Source of the DNA: a bacterium | GTDB lineage: Bacteria; Bacillota_I; Bacilli_A; RF39; UBA660 | Reading direction: 5' to 3' | NCBI GenBank assembly: GCA_029099845.1 | Contig: JAQXOT010000014.1 | Location: 8,879 to 72,878, forward strand | DNA length: 64,000 bases | Part shown: piece after piece, positions 28,614 to 38,468 of the stretch | Position numbering within the stretch: position 1 is the stretch's first letter | How the letters are laid out: each line of letters starts with the position of its first letter | The notes under the pieces: generated by a model | Databases searched by the model: none | What the model was told of the DNA's origin: nothing | The model's input: only the letters and a program-made list of their open reading frames with translations | Translations under genes and position numbers: made by a program

Positions 28614-29856
28614 CTATAGTTTGTTTGGGTTTAAATCTAATTATTTTTTGGGTTAGATGATCTACTCTTTTTTTAGAAACACCAAAAGGATGATTACTAT
28701 AGTCTATATTTTCTTCAGTAAAAAGAGTATCTAGGATGGACAGTTTAAGATCAAATGAAAGGTAATCCCAATTTTTGAATGTTTTAATTATTACGTCTTG
28801 ATCAACCATATTCTTATTATTTATTAAGGCATACATTAAGCAATTATCAGCAAGGGAGGCCACCATATGAAAAGTTGGATAGTTATTGTCTCGTTTTAAT
28901 AATTCTTCTTCATGATCTCTAACTATTATTTTTACAACTTTTTTTAGATAGCCTATATCCCAGTCGATATCGCGGGGATTTCTATAGCTTTTTTCGGCAT
29001 AATATTCTTGATCTTGAAGAAGACTTAATATTAATTCATAGTAATCGTTACCATTATCAATATCGAAGCCTTCAGATGTTTTTAATGGGGAATTTTTTCC
29101 ATGATGCGCTAAATCTATTGGGGCATCTCTTCTTATTTCATACATTGTAGATTCATGGGTAATTACTGGGCCTTGTTCAAACTCATTATTAATTGCCATT
29201 TTTAGTTTTTCTTCTATAAAAGGGCAATAATATAGCAAGTTAGAAACATCGGTAGCATCAAAAGTTTCTCTTTTTGTTTCTTTTAAATACGTACTTATTT
29301 TTTCAAGCATCAACGCTAGAAGCTGTGTTCTAGTAAGTTCTTTATTTTTTTCAATAATTTTTTCATAATAATTGGCATTGATTAAATATAAAAATTGGTT
29401 TATGGTAAGAATTTGTTCAGTGGGTAGTGTAATATTTTCTTCTTGAAATTTAGTAACTATTTCAGTTAAAAATATAGAGGTTGTACTTGTAATTTCAGAA
29501 GAAGAATTAGTTTCCTCTTGAATAATATCAGCTAGTTTGGATGCTTCTCTAATATCTTTTTTTGCTCTATTTTCCAGTTCTTCTTTTAATTTCTTTAAAC
29601 CAAAATTAACAGTTGGAGATAATAATACGGTAGCTCCAGTGATAGCTAGTAATGTTTTAACTCCTTCTGTTTTACCCCAAAGGACATTTAGTAAAGATGA
29701 AATAGAGATAGATAGACATACACTAGAAATTATTTCTAAACTTTTATCTAATTTATTAGTTTTAGTATCTGCCTCATCCGTTTTATTTTCATCTTTTGCT
29801 TGGCTCATAATTTCAGCATCTTCAATGTCTTTATTTCCTTTATATAGTTCTAACAT
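28603..29856 (-). CDS. Uncharacterised protein, paralogue A (two N-terminal TM helices)
   Basis: AGGGGGA SD. It shares blocks with the upstream gene: FQEENIxxPT..FLYLINxNYY..EKN..YLKET and a C-terminal F..W..L.F.LKL.I.D.LF..EN.DYS.HP. Confidence 0.65.
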   Translation of the reverse strand: MLELYKGNKDIEDAEIMSQAKDENKTDEADTKTNKLDKSLEIISSVCLSISISSLLNVLWGKTEGVKTLLAITGATVLLSPTVNFGLKKLKEELENRAKKDIREASKLADIIQEETNSSSEITSTTSIFLTEIVTKFQEENITLPTEQILTINQFLYLINANYYEKIIEKNKELTRTQLLALMLEKISTYLKETKRETFDATDVSNLLYYCPFIEEKLKMAINNEFEQGPVITHESTMYEIRRDAPIDLAHHGKNSPLKTSEGFDIDNGNDYYELILSLLQDQEYYAEKSYRNPRDIDWDIGYLKKVVKIIVRDHEEELLKRDNNYPTFHMVASLADNCLMYALINNKNMVDQDVIIKTFKNWDYLSFDLKLSILDTLFTEENIDYSNHPFGVSKKRVDHLTQKIIRFKPKQTIESE

Positions 29857-29891
29857 ATATATCCCCCTAACCCATTTATATTATTTTTTAT

Positions 29892-31040
29892 TTATAAATT
29901 ACTATCATTTGGCTCTTTTTTTAAAATAATAATCTTTTTTTGATACGCTTTATGTTCTGGCTTTTTATCACGATATGGATGATATGAGTAGTCTAAGTTT
30001 TCTTGTTCAAATAAATCATCTATTATTTTTAATTTAAGATTAAATGGTAAAGATGGCCATTCGGCAAAGCTTGCTAGGACAACATCACTGGTTACTTCAG
30101 GTATCTCCTCTTCTAAGGCATAAGCCATAGTATAAAGAAGAAAGCCTGATGTTAATTGGAAACTAGAATATTCTTCATTAAATTGCAGTAGTTCATCTTT
30201 ATAGTTAGTATGAATAAAAGTCATCATTTTTTGAATAAATGGTAAATCCCAGCATAGATCTTCTGCACTGCCAAGATCTAGTTCTTCTATGTCTTCACAT
30301 ACTTCTAAAGCTTCAATTAAAGTTATGTAATTATATTCATTGTCAACTTTCCATTCTGGCACTCGGTTATGATTGGCCTGATCACGGGCTGTTAAATAAG
30401 CATCTTTACCACCAAGGATGTCTTTGTGAATAATTTGGTAACTAATATTTTTACGATGTTTACTTTTGGCTGATATAAATTCTTCTAAAATTTTAGTTTT
30501 TAGATTAGAATCAATAAATAAACATTTGTTTAAAATTTCTTTAGCATCATCTTCTGTAAAACTAAAGATAGATGTTTCTTTCAAATAAGAAGTAATTAGA
30601 AATAATAATTGTTCTATTAAAAATTCACGTCGAAGATTAGGATTTTTTTCTTTTAAGTCATCGTAATAATTAGAATTTATTAAATATAGAAAGGAATCAA
30701 TGTTCTTGATAGCAGAGGTTGGAATATTAATATTTTCTTCTTGAAAACTGGCTTCAATTTCTTTCAAAAAAGTTCCTGTCATGCTGGTTAATTTGCGATC
30801 AAATTCATTTTTTTCGGCGTCAATAATTGCTTGGCGGCCTATTTCATGTTGCTTTTTTACTTTATTAATTCCAATTTTTTTGATTAATTTAGCTATTTTT
30901 TTGTATAGTAAAGAGTTGGGATTTACTTTTTCTATAAGGAAAAATACTTGATATTCTGGCAATTTAAAAGTAGCTGATAAAATAGATACCAGTTCAAATT
31001 CATCAATTATTTCTGTGTCTACACTATGACTACTAAACAT
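29892..31040 (-). CDS. Uncharacterised protein, paralogue B (no TM segment)
   Basis: AAGGAG SD. It has the same conserved blocks as 28603-29856. Confidence 0.65.
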   Translation of the reverse strand: MFSSHSVDTEIIDEFELVSILSATFKLPEYQVFFLIEKVNPNSLLYKKIAKLIKKIGINKVKKQHEIGRQAIIDAEKNEFDRKLTSMTGTFLKEIEASFQEENINIPTSAIKNIDSFLYLINSNYYDDLKEKNPNLRREFLIEQLLFLITSYLKETSIFSFTEDDAKEILNKCLFIDSNLKTKILEEFISAKSKHRKNISYQIIHKDILGGKDAYLTARDQANHNRVPEWKVDNEYNYITLIEALEVCEDIEELDLGSAEDLCWDLPFIQKMMTFIHTNYKDELLQFNEEYSSFQLTSGFLLYTMAYALEEEIPEVTSDVVLASFAEWPSLPFNLKLKIIDDLFEQENLDYSYHPYRDKKPEHKAYQKKIIILKKEPNDSNL

Positions 31041-31153
31041 AGAAAACTCCTTTTTTATTTGCTATTTTACTATAGGACTGTTTTTTTTACAATATAGTAA
31101 TTTATTATTTTAATTTAAGAAGTAGTTATTTTACTATTATTACTAATTACTAT

Positions 31154-31180
31154 AAAAAAGATTAGAGCTTTCTCTAATCT
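31154..31180 (-). terminator. Terminator after the small membrane-protein gene
   Basis: A 9-bp stem (agattagag / ctctaatct) with a 4-nt loop, followed by T6 on the minus strand. Confidence 0.7.
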
Positions 31181-31184
31181 TTAT

Positions 31185-31337
31185 TTAGTTATCTAATTTT
31201 TCATAAGTTTTTTTGGCTAATTCCTTAGTCATTTTTCGCATTTCACAGATAACGTCGGGATTTTTCTTTAAATAATAGTAGCCAGCTGCTGCCATACCAC
31301 CAATCATGGCAGCCAAGGCTAAGCCTTTCTTTTCCAT
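31185..31337 (-). CDS. 50-aa small membrane protein (below the ORF-track cut-off)
   Basis: My hand translation gives MEKKGLALAAMIGGMAAAGYYYLKKNPDVICEMRKMTKELAKKTYEKLDN. A GAGGTGA SD lies upstream, and the gene has its own terminator. Confidence 0.55.
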   Translation of the reverse strand: MEKKGLALAAMIGGMAAAGYYYLKKNPDVICEMRKMTKELAKKTYEKLDN

Positions 31338-31373
31338 AATTTATCACCTCAATTTTAGTATGATAAATTTAAT

Positions 31374-33566
31374 TTATTTTATACCGTTAATTAAAAATTC
31401 TTTGATGGTTGTTCGCCTAATATCAGCTAAATCATTTGATACGGCCATTTTTAAGGCGTCAAAGTCGCCGATTAAGTATAATTTTTCTTTGCTTCTAGTT
31501 ACAGCAGTATATATTAGCTTGCGATATAACATTTTATTATAGTTTTTTACAAGAGGAATAATTACAATATTAAATTCACTCCCTTGAGCTTTGTGAATGG
31601 AAATAGCATAGGCTAGACGAAAATTGTTAAAATTTGAAGGAGTATATTTGACTATATTGCCATCAAAATCAATGGTTATTTCTTTTTTAGGGGTCGTAGT
31701 AATACGTTCAATAATGCCAATATCACCATTGTAGACATTTTCTTCTGGCATATTAGTTAGCTGAATTACTTTATCTCCTTCTTTAAAGGTAACTTCTCCA
31801 ACATTTATTTCTTGTTGATTTTTTGTTTTGGGATTAAATATACTTTGAACGTTTTTATTTATTTCGTCAATTCCAACTAATGTTTTATACATTGGAGCTA
31901 ATATTTGAAAATTTTTATATGATATATCTTTATAGACTGTAGCAATTTCAACAATATTTGGGATTACTTCATTAACAGGACAATTAATAAAAGTTAAATC
32001 TTCGGCTATATTGAAAACGTCTTGATTTACTTGGCCTTTTCTAATATCGTATGCTAAAGTTATAATTTTTGAATCTTTTCCTTGACGATATAATTCTGTT
32101 AATTTAACGACTGAAAGTTTTTCACTACTAATTAAATCGTGAAGAATTTGACCAGGACCTACGGATGGTAATTGTTGATCATCTCCTACTAAAATTACTT
32201 TGGTGTTAACTGAAATGCCTTTTAAAAGACTAGCCATTAAATAGGTATCTATCATACTAGCTTCATCAATAATAACAAATTCAACTTTACTTTTATTGTA
32301 CTCATTTACTTGAAACTTATTAGTTTCTTTTTGCCATTTTAGAAAACGATGAATAGTTGATGATTTAAGACCTGTTGCTTCGCTCATCCTTTTGGCTGCT
32401 CGACCAGTTGGAGCTAGTAAGGCGATCTTTTCTTGCAATTTTTCATAAGAAAGCTTATTCATTTGACGATAAAGTTCAGTTATACCTTTCATAATCGTTG
32501 TTTTTCCAGTACCTGGACCACCAGTTATAATTAAAAAGTCTTTCTCATAGCTTTCTTTGATTGCTTGATATTGAGCTTCATTGAACTTTATATTATAAAA
32601 GCTTTCTATATCAGAAATTTTTGACATTAAGTCTTTAGAAGTGTTTATTGGATTATGTTCTAAAAGACGGAATCTTTTTACAATTAAAGTTTCAGCCTCG
32701 TACATTTCTTTTAAATAATATTTTTCATTTTTAACAATAATGTCTAATCTTTTTTCTAAAGTAGTTAAAGCTTCTATATATTGTTCTCTTGTAATTTGCG
32801 TTTCTAAAACTTTAGGGAGAAAGTTTGCTACTTCATCGAAAAGATAATAACTATGTCCATAAGTTGAGCTTATTTCATTCATTATATAGATGATAGCAGC
32901 TTCTATTCTTATAGGAGCAGTCTTTTCTATACCTTTTTTTAAGGCAATTTGATCTATTTTCTTAAAAGTTAAAGTATAGATGTCTTTTATTAATTGATAG
33001 ATATTTTCTTCAATTACACTTTTAGTTTGGTTTTTATAAAAATTGTAAATTAACATGGAATCTTTAGTGGAAAAACCTAAATTAGATAAATATATAATGG
33101 TTTCATAACTGGATTCGTATTCTTTTAATTTTTCATGAAGCACAGTAATATTATTTTTGGTTATTCCTGGGATTAAGATTAAATTATCTGGATTTTCTAA
33201 AATTATTTTTAAGGCATCAGTACCTAAGACATCGACGATTGATTTTGCCTTTTTTTCTCCTATTCCTTTAAATAAACCACTTGTTAAAAATTCAATAATT
33301 GAATCTTTTTCTTCCGGCATACATCTTTCATAACTTTCTACTTGAAATTGTTCTCCATACTTTTGATGCTCAACTATTTTTCCATAAAAAAGATAGGTAT
33401 CAAGATCATTTAATTCATGAAAATAGCCAGTAAAGGTTATGGTTCTACCAATATAATCAGCTAGTGATTCATCATTTGTATCTGATACTTTAAAAAGTCC
33501 TATGTTATAGCCTTGGGCTGTTTGATAGATACTTTTTCGATAGTTACCTTTAATATAGCTTGGCAC
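31374..33566 (-). CDS. recD2: RecD2-type SF1B ATP-dependent DNA helicase
   Basis: Walker A ITGGPGTGKTT, DEASM, VGDDQQLPSVGPG and SIHKAQGSEF. Length is 730 aa with an HhH-containing N-terminal part. Confidence 0.85.
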   Translation of the reverse strand: MPSYIKGNYRKSIYQTAQGYNIGLFKVSDTNDESLADYIGRTITFTGYFHELNDLDTYLFYGKIVEHQKYGEQFQVESYERCMPEEKDSIIEFLTSGLFKGIGEKKAKSIVDVLGTDALKIILENPDNLILIPGITKNNITVLHEKLKEYESSYETIIYLSNLGFSTKDSMLIYNFYKNQTKSVIEENIYQLIKDIYTLTFKKIDQIALKKGIEKTAPIRIEAAIIYIMNEISSTYGHSYYLFDEVANFLPKVLETQITREQYIEALTTLEKRLDIIVKNEKYYLKEMYEAETLIVKRFRLLEHNPINTSKDLMSKISDIESFYNIKFNEAQYQAIKESYEKDFLIITGGPGTGKTTIMKGITELYRQMNKLSYEKLQEKIALLAPTGRAAKRMSEATGLKSSTIHRFLKWQKETNKFQVNEYNKSKVEFVIIDEASMIDTYLMASLLKGISVNTKVILVGDDQQLPSVGPGQILHDLISSEKLSVVKLTELYRQGKDSKIITLAYDIRKGQVNQDVFNIAEDLTFINCPVNEVIPNIVEIATVYKDISYKNFQILAPMYKTLVGIDEINKNVQSIFNPKTKNQQEINVGEVTFKEGDKVIQLTNMPEENVYNGDIGIIERITTTPKKEITIDFDGNIVKYTPSNFNNFRLAYAISIHKAQGSEFNIVIIPLVKNYNKMLYRKLIYTAVTRSKEKLYLIGDFDALKMAVSNDLADIRRTTIKEFLINGIK

Positions 33567-33605
33567 TAATTATCACCACCTTTTTTATTAAACTATTCTT
33601 ACTTT

Positions 33606-33634
33606 ATAATAAGTTGTTTGTTCGTTTTCGTCAA
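33606..33634 (-). promoter_or_regulatory. Sigma-A promoter of recD2
   Basis: The minus strand reads TTGACG, 17 nt, TATTAT. Confidence 0.45.
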
Positions 33635-33655
33635 GATATTAAAAATTATGATAAA

Positions 33656-33683
33656 TGAAAAATAGAATAATACTTATTCTATT
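33656..33683 (-). terminator. Terminator of mtaB, overlapping its stop codon
   Basis: A 10-bp stem (aatagaataa / ttattctatt) with a 3-nt loop, followed by a T-rich tail on the minus strand. Confidence 0.55.
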
Positions 33684-34950
33684 CTCCTATACAATATGGA
33701 TACTCTATTGTTTTTATTTTTACATTGACAAAGGTATTAGGTTTAATATCTCCTTTAATTTTGACATGTAAGTAATTACTAGTATGTCCTAAGCTATAGC
33801 CGTCTTTATTTTCCTCTATTAGAACTTCTACTTCTTTGTCTAAATATTTTTTATAATAGTTAAGTTCTAATTCTTTAGATACTTCTAATAGTTTTCTAGC
33901 CCTAAGTTTTTTTTCTTCAGGGGCAACATGATTAGGAAGTTCCATGGCTTTTGTTCCTTGACGTTCACTATATGGGAAAACATGAATCTTAGTTAATTTT
34001 AGATCACGACAAGTTTTAATTGTTTGATCAAACATTTCTTTCGTTTCCCCAGGAAAACCAACTATTACATCGGTAGTTATAGAAATTTCTGGGCGAATTT
34101 TACGTATTTTAGCAATTATTTCAAAATATTTATTTAAATCGTATTTACGATTCATTAATTTTAATACTTCATTGCTTCCAGCTTGAAGAGGTATGTGAAG
34201 ATGATCAACAATAATATTACTGCTTTTAAGTACTTCTAGAACTTCATCAGTTAATTCAGTTACTTCAATTGAAGATATTCGTAAGCGTTTAAGCCCAGGA
34301 ATTTTAATTAATTCTTTTAGAAGTTCGGCAAAGGTTATATTTAAATCAACACCGTAATTTCCGGTATGAATACCTGTTAGAACAATTTCTTGATAACCAT
34401 TATTGACAAGATTAGTTACTTCGGCTAGGACTTTTTCTTTATCTTTACTACGGCATTTACCACGAACATAAGGAATAATACAATAGCTGCAAAAGTTTTC
34501 ACAACCATCTTGAATTTTTACAAAGGCTCTAGTTCTTCCGATGAAGTCAGTTATGTACATGTCTTCAAATTCTTCTTTATCATCAGAATAAAGACGTCTA
34601 ATGGTTTCACGTTTAGCAAAATACTCATCAATTAAAGATGGGATCTTAGATTTGTCTTTATTTCCAATAACAATATCTAGCCCTTCGACATTATAGTCTT
34701 TATTAGCTTCAATAAAGCAGCCCATCGCAATAACACAAGCGTCTTTATTTTTTCTAATGGCATTACGAATCATTTTACGAGATTTAATATCACTGGTATT
34801 TGTAACGGTACATGTATTAATTATGTATACATCACAAATATCGTCAAAACTTTTTATTTCATAGCCATTTTCTTTTAATAAATTAGCTACATATTCACTT
34901 TCATAAGTATTTACTTTACAACCTAAAGTTAATATACCAACACTACGCAT
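33679..34950 (-). CDS. mtaB: MiaB-like radical-SAM methylthiotransferase, probably MtaB
   Basis: LGCKVNTYESE N-terminal domain, the CENFCSYCIIPYVRGKCRS radical-SAM cluster, and a C-terminal TRAM-like domain. Start refined to the ATG at 34950. Confidence 0.75.
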   Translation of the reverse strand: MRSVGILTLGCKVNTYESEYVANLLKENGYEIKSFDDICDVYIINTCTVTNTSDIKSRKMIRNAIRKNKDACVIAMGCFIEANKDYNVEGLDIVIGNKDKSKIPSLIDEYFAKRETIRRLYSDDKEEFEDMYITDFIGRTRAFVKIQDGCENFCSYCIIPYVRGKCRSKDKEKVLAEVTNLVNNGYQEIVLTGIHTGNYGVDLNITFAELLKELIKIPGLKRLRISSIEVTELTDEVLEVLKSSNIIVDHLHIPLQAGSNEVLKLMNRKYDLNKYFEIIAKIRKIRPEISITTDVIVGFPGETKEMFDQTIKTCRDLKLTKIHVFPYSERQGTKAMELPNHVAPEEKKLRARKLLEVSKELELNYYKKYLDKEVEVLIEENKDGYSLGHTSNYLHVKIKGDIKPNTFVNVKIKTIEYPYCIGE

Positions 34951-34951
34951 A

Positions 34952-35674
34952 TTAATCACTACTTTCTTTAAAATTTTGGTACCATTCGTTTGATTTATCC
35001 TTTATATTTTCGTATGTTTTTTTTGTTTCATCTTTGAAAAACTTAATAGTTGGAGTGGTAGTTTCTTTTAAATTATTTATATCTTCTTCAAATATTTCAA
35101 CTGTATTATTGTATGTTTCCTCTCCGAGTTTTTCTTGATACTGTTTAGCTAGGTCTTCTTTTAAACTAGCTACTTTTTCTTTTATACTAGACGATGATAG
35201 AGATATTTTTGTTTTAAGAATTTCCTGATAATTTGGGTATGCAGATTCGATTTTTTGATCTATTTCACTATAGATTTCTAATACTTTTTCTTTGGCTGAT
35301 AATGTTAAGTCATTAAATGTTACACCATTTATTTGACCATTGTAAAAAACGAAATCTGTTAAAGTTATGAAGATGCTTTTTAATTTTGAGGACATTTTTT
35401 TAGGTTTTTCTGTTGAGGAAGTTAGATTGGTTATTTCCTCATTTAAAAAATCTATATAGTTAATTATTTCTGCATCTTGAGTATTTTGGTTTGTTGTTTC
35501 AGCAACTTTAACCTCTTCTTTTATTAAAGATATATTATTTTCAGGAAGAGCAATATTTTCAGCTTGAATATTTTCTTTATTTGTTTCATTTTTGGAAATT
35601 ATTTTTTTTACTTCTTGAAAAGTTGGCGGAGCAATTAATAATGTCATTAGAGTAATTATAATTATTTTTTTCAT
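34952..35674 (-). CDS. Secreted hypothetical protein
   Basis: Signal-like N-terminus MKKIIIITLMTLLIAPP, followed by a helical, acidic body. Confidence 0.5.
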   Translation of the reverse strand: MKKIIIITLMTLLIAPPTFQEVKKIISKNETNKENIQAENIALPENNISLIKEEVKVAETTNQNTQDAEIINYIDFLNEEITNLTSSTEKPKKMSSKLKSIFITLTDFVFYNGQINGVTFNDLTLSAKEKVLEIYSEIDQKIESAYPNYQEILKTKISLSSSSIKEKVASLKEDLAKQYQEKLGEETYNNTVEIFEEDINNLKETTTPTIKFFKDETKKTYENIKDKSNEWYQNFKESSD

Positions 35675-35792
35675 ATTTAGCTCCCCTTTCCGTTAACATA
35701 TTATAGCATGAGTTGTTAGTTTTTTCAATTATCTATATTTATTGTACGAAAAAATTGGGCTATTTCATAAAAAAAACTCAGAAATTTCTGAG

Positions 35793-36920
35793 TTAATCTA
35801 ATTTTTCTTGTAATTCTTTAAGGGTCATTAAAAATTCATTAGTTTTTTTAATTTCTTCATCTAGTTTTTCATAGCTAGCTGTATTTTCAAGTTCGATATC
35901 ACTGGCTGTTGGCTCTTTTTCAATTCCATATACAGGAGAAATTACAGGCATGCTTTTATATTGTTGATAAGCAGTAGTTGATTTTTTTGGTTCTTGAGCT
36001 TTAATAGTATAAAAATCATCCATAACGAATTTATTTTCTTTTGTTGGTGTTGCTATTTCTGGTACTACTTCGCTTTCTTTATCTTCAATAGTTATTGGTG
36101 AAAGTACTGGTTCTTCTATAAAGTCACTTGTTGGTTGAGTAAGTATTTCGTCTTCTTCTAAAGATTCTTTTACTTTTCTTTCTAAATCTTCTAAACTAAT
36201 TGGCTCATTACCTTCATCAGCATATTGTGTTAATTCGTTATTTTCATACATTTCTTTACTTCTTTTTAATAGCTCATCTAAACTGATAATAGCTTCTTTT
36301 TCTTGCATTTCTTCATAACTAGTTAAATCAATGTTTTTAGATTCTTGTTCTGCTTTCATCAATTCTTCGGTTAATTTTCTTAATTCAGCTTGAGCTTCTG
36401 TTTGATTTGGCTCTGCAGTTGTATAATCTAGTGTTTCTTCCTCTAAATTTTCTAATGAGTTAGCATTATTACTTTCTAAAACTTCAGCGACTTCTTCAAC
36501 TACAGCTGGTTCTTGGTCTAGAGTTGGTTGCTTAGTGGTGATAGTTTCATTTTCGTTTTCTTTTTTCTCTATTTCAACTGGTTCAACTTGAGTTTGTTCT
36601 ACTAATAATTCCTCTGGGGCTACCTCTTTTTCTTCTTCGACTACTAATTCCTCTAAAACTGGTTCAACATAAGTTGGAGCGACCTCATCGTTTAAGTTTT
36701 CATCTTTAACGATTGCTATATCTTCGCTTCTTTCTTTAGATAATTCATAGTTTATATTTTCAACTAGTCTATTTAATTCCTTAGTATTATGTCTTTGTTT
36801 TCTTTTATAGTAATGTTTATCAATTAAATGAATAATAAAATATAAGAAACAGGCTACGGCAACAACGATGTATACCATAATTATTTCCTTAGAAGTTAAA
36901 AAGTTAATTAATTCAGTCAT
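35793..36920 (-). CDS. Membrane-anchored, highly acidic hypothetical protein
   Basis: Start refined to the ATG at 36920, 5 nt after AGAGGTGG. It has one TM helix followed by E/V/P-rich low-complexity sequence. Confidence 0.55.
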   Translation of the reverse strand: MTELINFLTSKEIIMVYIVVAVACFLYFIIHLIDKHYYKRKQRHNTKELNRLVENINYELSKERSEDIAIVKDENLNDEVAPTYVEPVLEELVVEEEKEVAPEELLVEQTQVEPVEIEKKENENETITTKQPTLDQEPAVVEEVAEVLESNNANSLENLEEETLDYTTAEPNQTEAQAELRKLTEELMKAEQESKNIDLTSYEEMQEKEAIISLDELLKRSKEMYENNELTQYADEGNEPISLEDLERKVKESLEEDEILTQPTSDFIEEPVLSPITIEDKESEVVPEIATPTKENKFVMDDFYTIKAQEPKKSTTAYQQYKSMPVISPVYGIEKEPTASDIELENTASYEKLDEEIKKTNEFLMTLKELQEKLD

Positions 36921-37016
36921 TATGTCCACCTCTGATATAAGAATACCACATGTAAATTTTCAATAAAAGATTGTTTCAAATTTTAGGAGCATTTTAATTA
37001 ATATTTGACAGCGTGC

Positions 37017-37058
37017 TTTTACATCTTTTTACATTTGTTCGATTTACATCTTTTTACA
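37017..37058 (+). promoter_or_regulatory. Phased TTTACA direct-repeat array overlapping a candidate -35
   Basis: (T)TTTACA heptamers start at 37017, 37027, 37042 and 37052. The 16-mer tttacatctttttaca occurs twice, 25 bp apart. The last box lies 16 nt upstream of the TATAAT at 37075-37080. Confidence 0.45.
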
Positions 37059-37143
37059 ATCTTATGTTATTGTTTATAATTTCATTTTAACATATATTTT
37101 GATATTTTAATATAATTTTTTATTTTATTACATATATTTTATT

Positions 37144-38430
37144 ATGAAAGAAAAATTTATTAAGTCAACACTTATACTACTAGTTGGTGGTTTTTTTACT
37201 AAATTACTAGGTATGATTATTAAAATAGTTATGAGTAGAATGATTGGTACTGAGGGATTAGGTCTTTATATGCTAATTCTACCTACCTTTTCACTATTTA
37301 TTGGACTTAGTCAATTTGGAATGCCGATTGCTTTAAGTAAGTTGATAGCAGAAGATAAAAAAAATAATAAAAGATTGTTTTTTTCAATACTTAGTGTTGT
37401 TTTAATGATTAATTTAATTTTAATGCTGGTAATTATTTTATTTGCACCTGTTCTTGCTAATAAATTATTACATAATGCGGATACTTATTATGGAATTATA
37501 GCTATTGCTTTAGTTATTCCATTTACTAGTATTTCAAGTATTTGCCGAAGTTATTTTTTTGGTAAAGAAAAAATGTTGCCACATGTTATTTCAAATTTAT
37601 TAGAGGATGTTGTTAGATTAATATTAATGGTTGTTGGCATACCTTTCTTTGAGGATAAAGGACTTAATTATGCAGTTTGCTATATAATTCTTTCTAATAT
37701 TATTAGTGAGGGGATTTCGATACTGGTTTTGTTTTTCTTTTTGCCTAGGAAGGTTGTTATTAAGAAAGAAGACTTAATTCCTAGTAAAATATATATTTTA
37801 GAATCATTATCTATTGGAATTCCTAATACGACAGGACGATTAGTTGGAAGTCTTGGTTATTTTTTAGAGCCAATTATTTTAACTTTGGTTCTATTACATT
37901 GTGGATACTCACAAAGCTTTATAACGAGGGAATATGGTATTTTGTCGGGATATGTAATGCCACTTGTTTTATTGCCATCTTTTTTTACTAATGCAATTTC
38001 TCAAGCACTTTTACCAATTGTCGCAAGAGAATATGTAAATAAAAGATATGATAATGTTAAGAGAAAATTAAAACAAGCAATTACAATTTCTTTAATTATT
38101 GGGATTCCTGTTATGATCTTTTTTGTTCTTTTCCCCTCCTTTTTTTTAAAAGTTATTTATCACACTACAGCTGGTAAGCTCTATGTACAAATGCTTGCTC
38201 CTATTTGTCTTTTTCAGTATATTCAAGCTCCATTGTCATCAGCACTTGAAGCAATGGGAAAAAGTCGTGATGTTATGTTTGGGGCTATACTTGGAATGGT
38301 AATTAGAACCGGTGGTTTATTTATATTTTCTTTTTTTAAAATTGGAATTTGGGGTCTTATTTTGGCAATTGCTTTAAATGTTTTGGCAGTAGCATTTTAT
38401 GATATTTATAAGGTTAATAAATATTTATAA
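37144..38430 (+). CDS. SpoVB/MurJ-like MOP-superfamily flippase
   Basis: The N-terminus KSTLILLVGGFFTKLLGMIIKIVMSRMIGTEGLGLYMLILPTF resembles SpoVB. It has about 12 TM segments. No SD is visible upstream of the ATG. Confidence 0.7.
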   Translation: MKEKFIKSTLILLVGGFFTKLLGMIIKIVMSRMIGTEGLGLYMLILPTFSLFIGLSQFGMPIALSKLIAEDKKNNKRLFFSILSVVLMINLILMLVIILFAPVLANKLLHNADTYYGIIAIALVIPFTSISSICRSYFFGKEKMLPHVISNLLEDVVRLILMVVGIPFFEDKGLNYAVCYIILSNIISEGISILVLFFFLPRKVVIKKEDLIPSKIYILESLSIGIPNTTGRLVGSLGYFLEPIILTLVLLHCGYSQSFITREYGILSGYVMPLVLLPSFFTNAISQALLPIVAREYVNKRYDNVKRKLKQAITISLIIGIPVMIFFVLFPSFFLKVIYHTTAGKLYVQMLAPICLFQYIQAPLSSALEAMGKSRDVMFGAILGMVIRTGGLFIFSFFKIGIWGLILAIALNVLAVAFYDIYKVNKYL

Positions 38431-38468
38431 TAAAAGATCTAGCTTTTTTTCTAGAGCTTTTATGAGAT

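Noticed and set aside
33612-33628. CGAACAAACAACT in the recD2 promoter spacer, considered as a second LexA box.
   Set aside because: Only the left half-site (CGAAC) is present. The right half reads AACT instead of GTTC.
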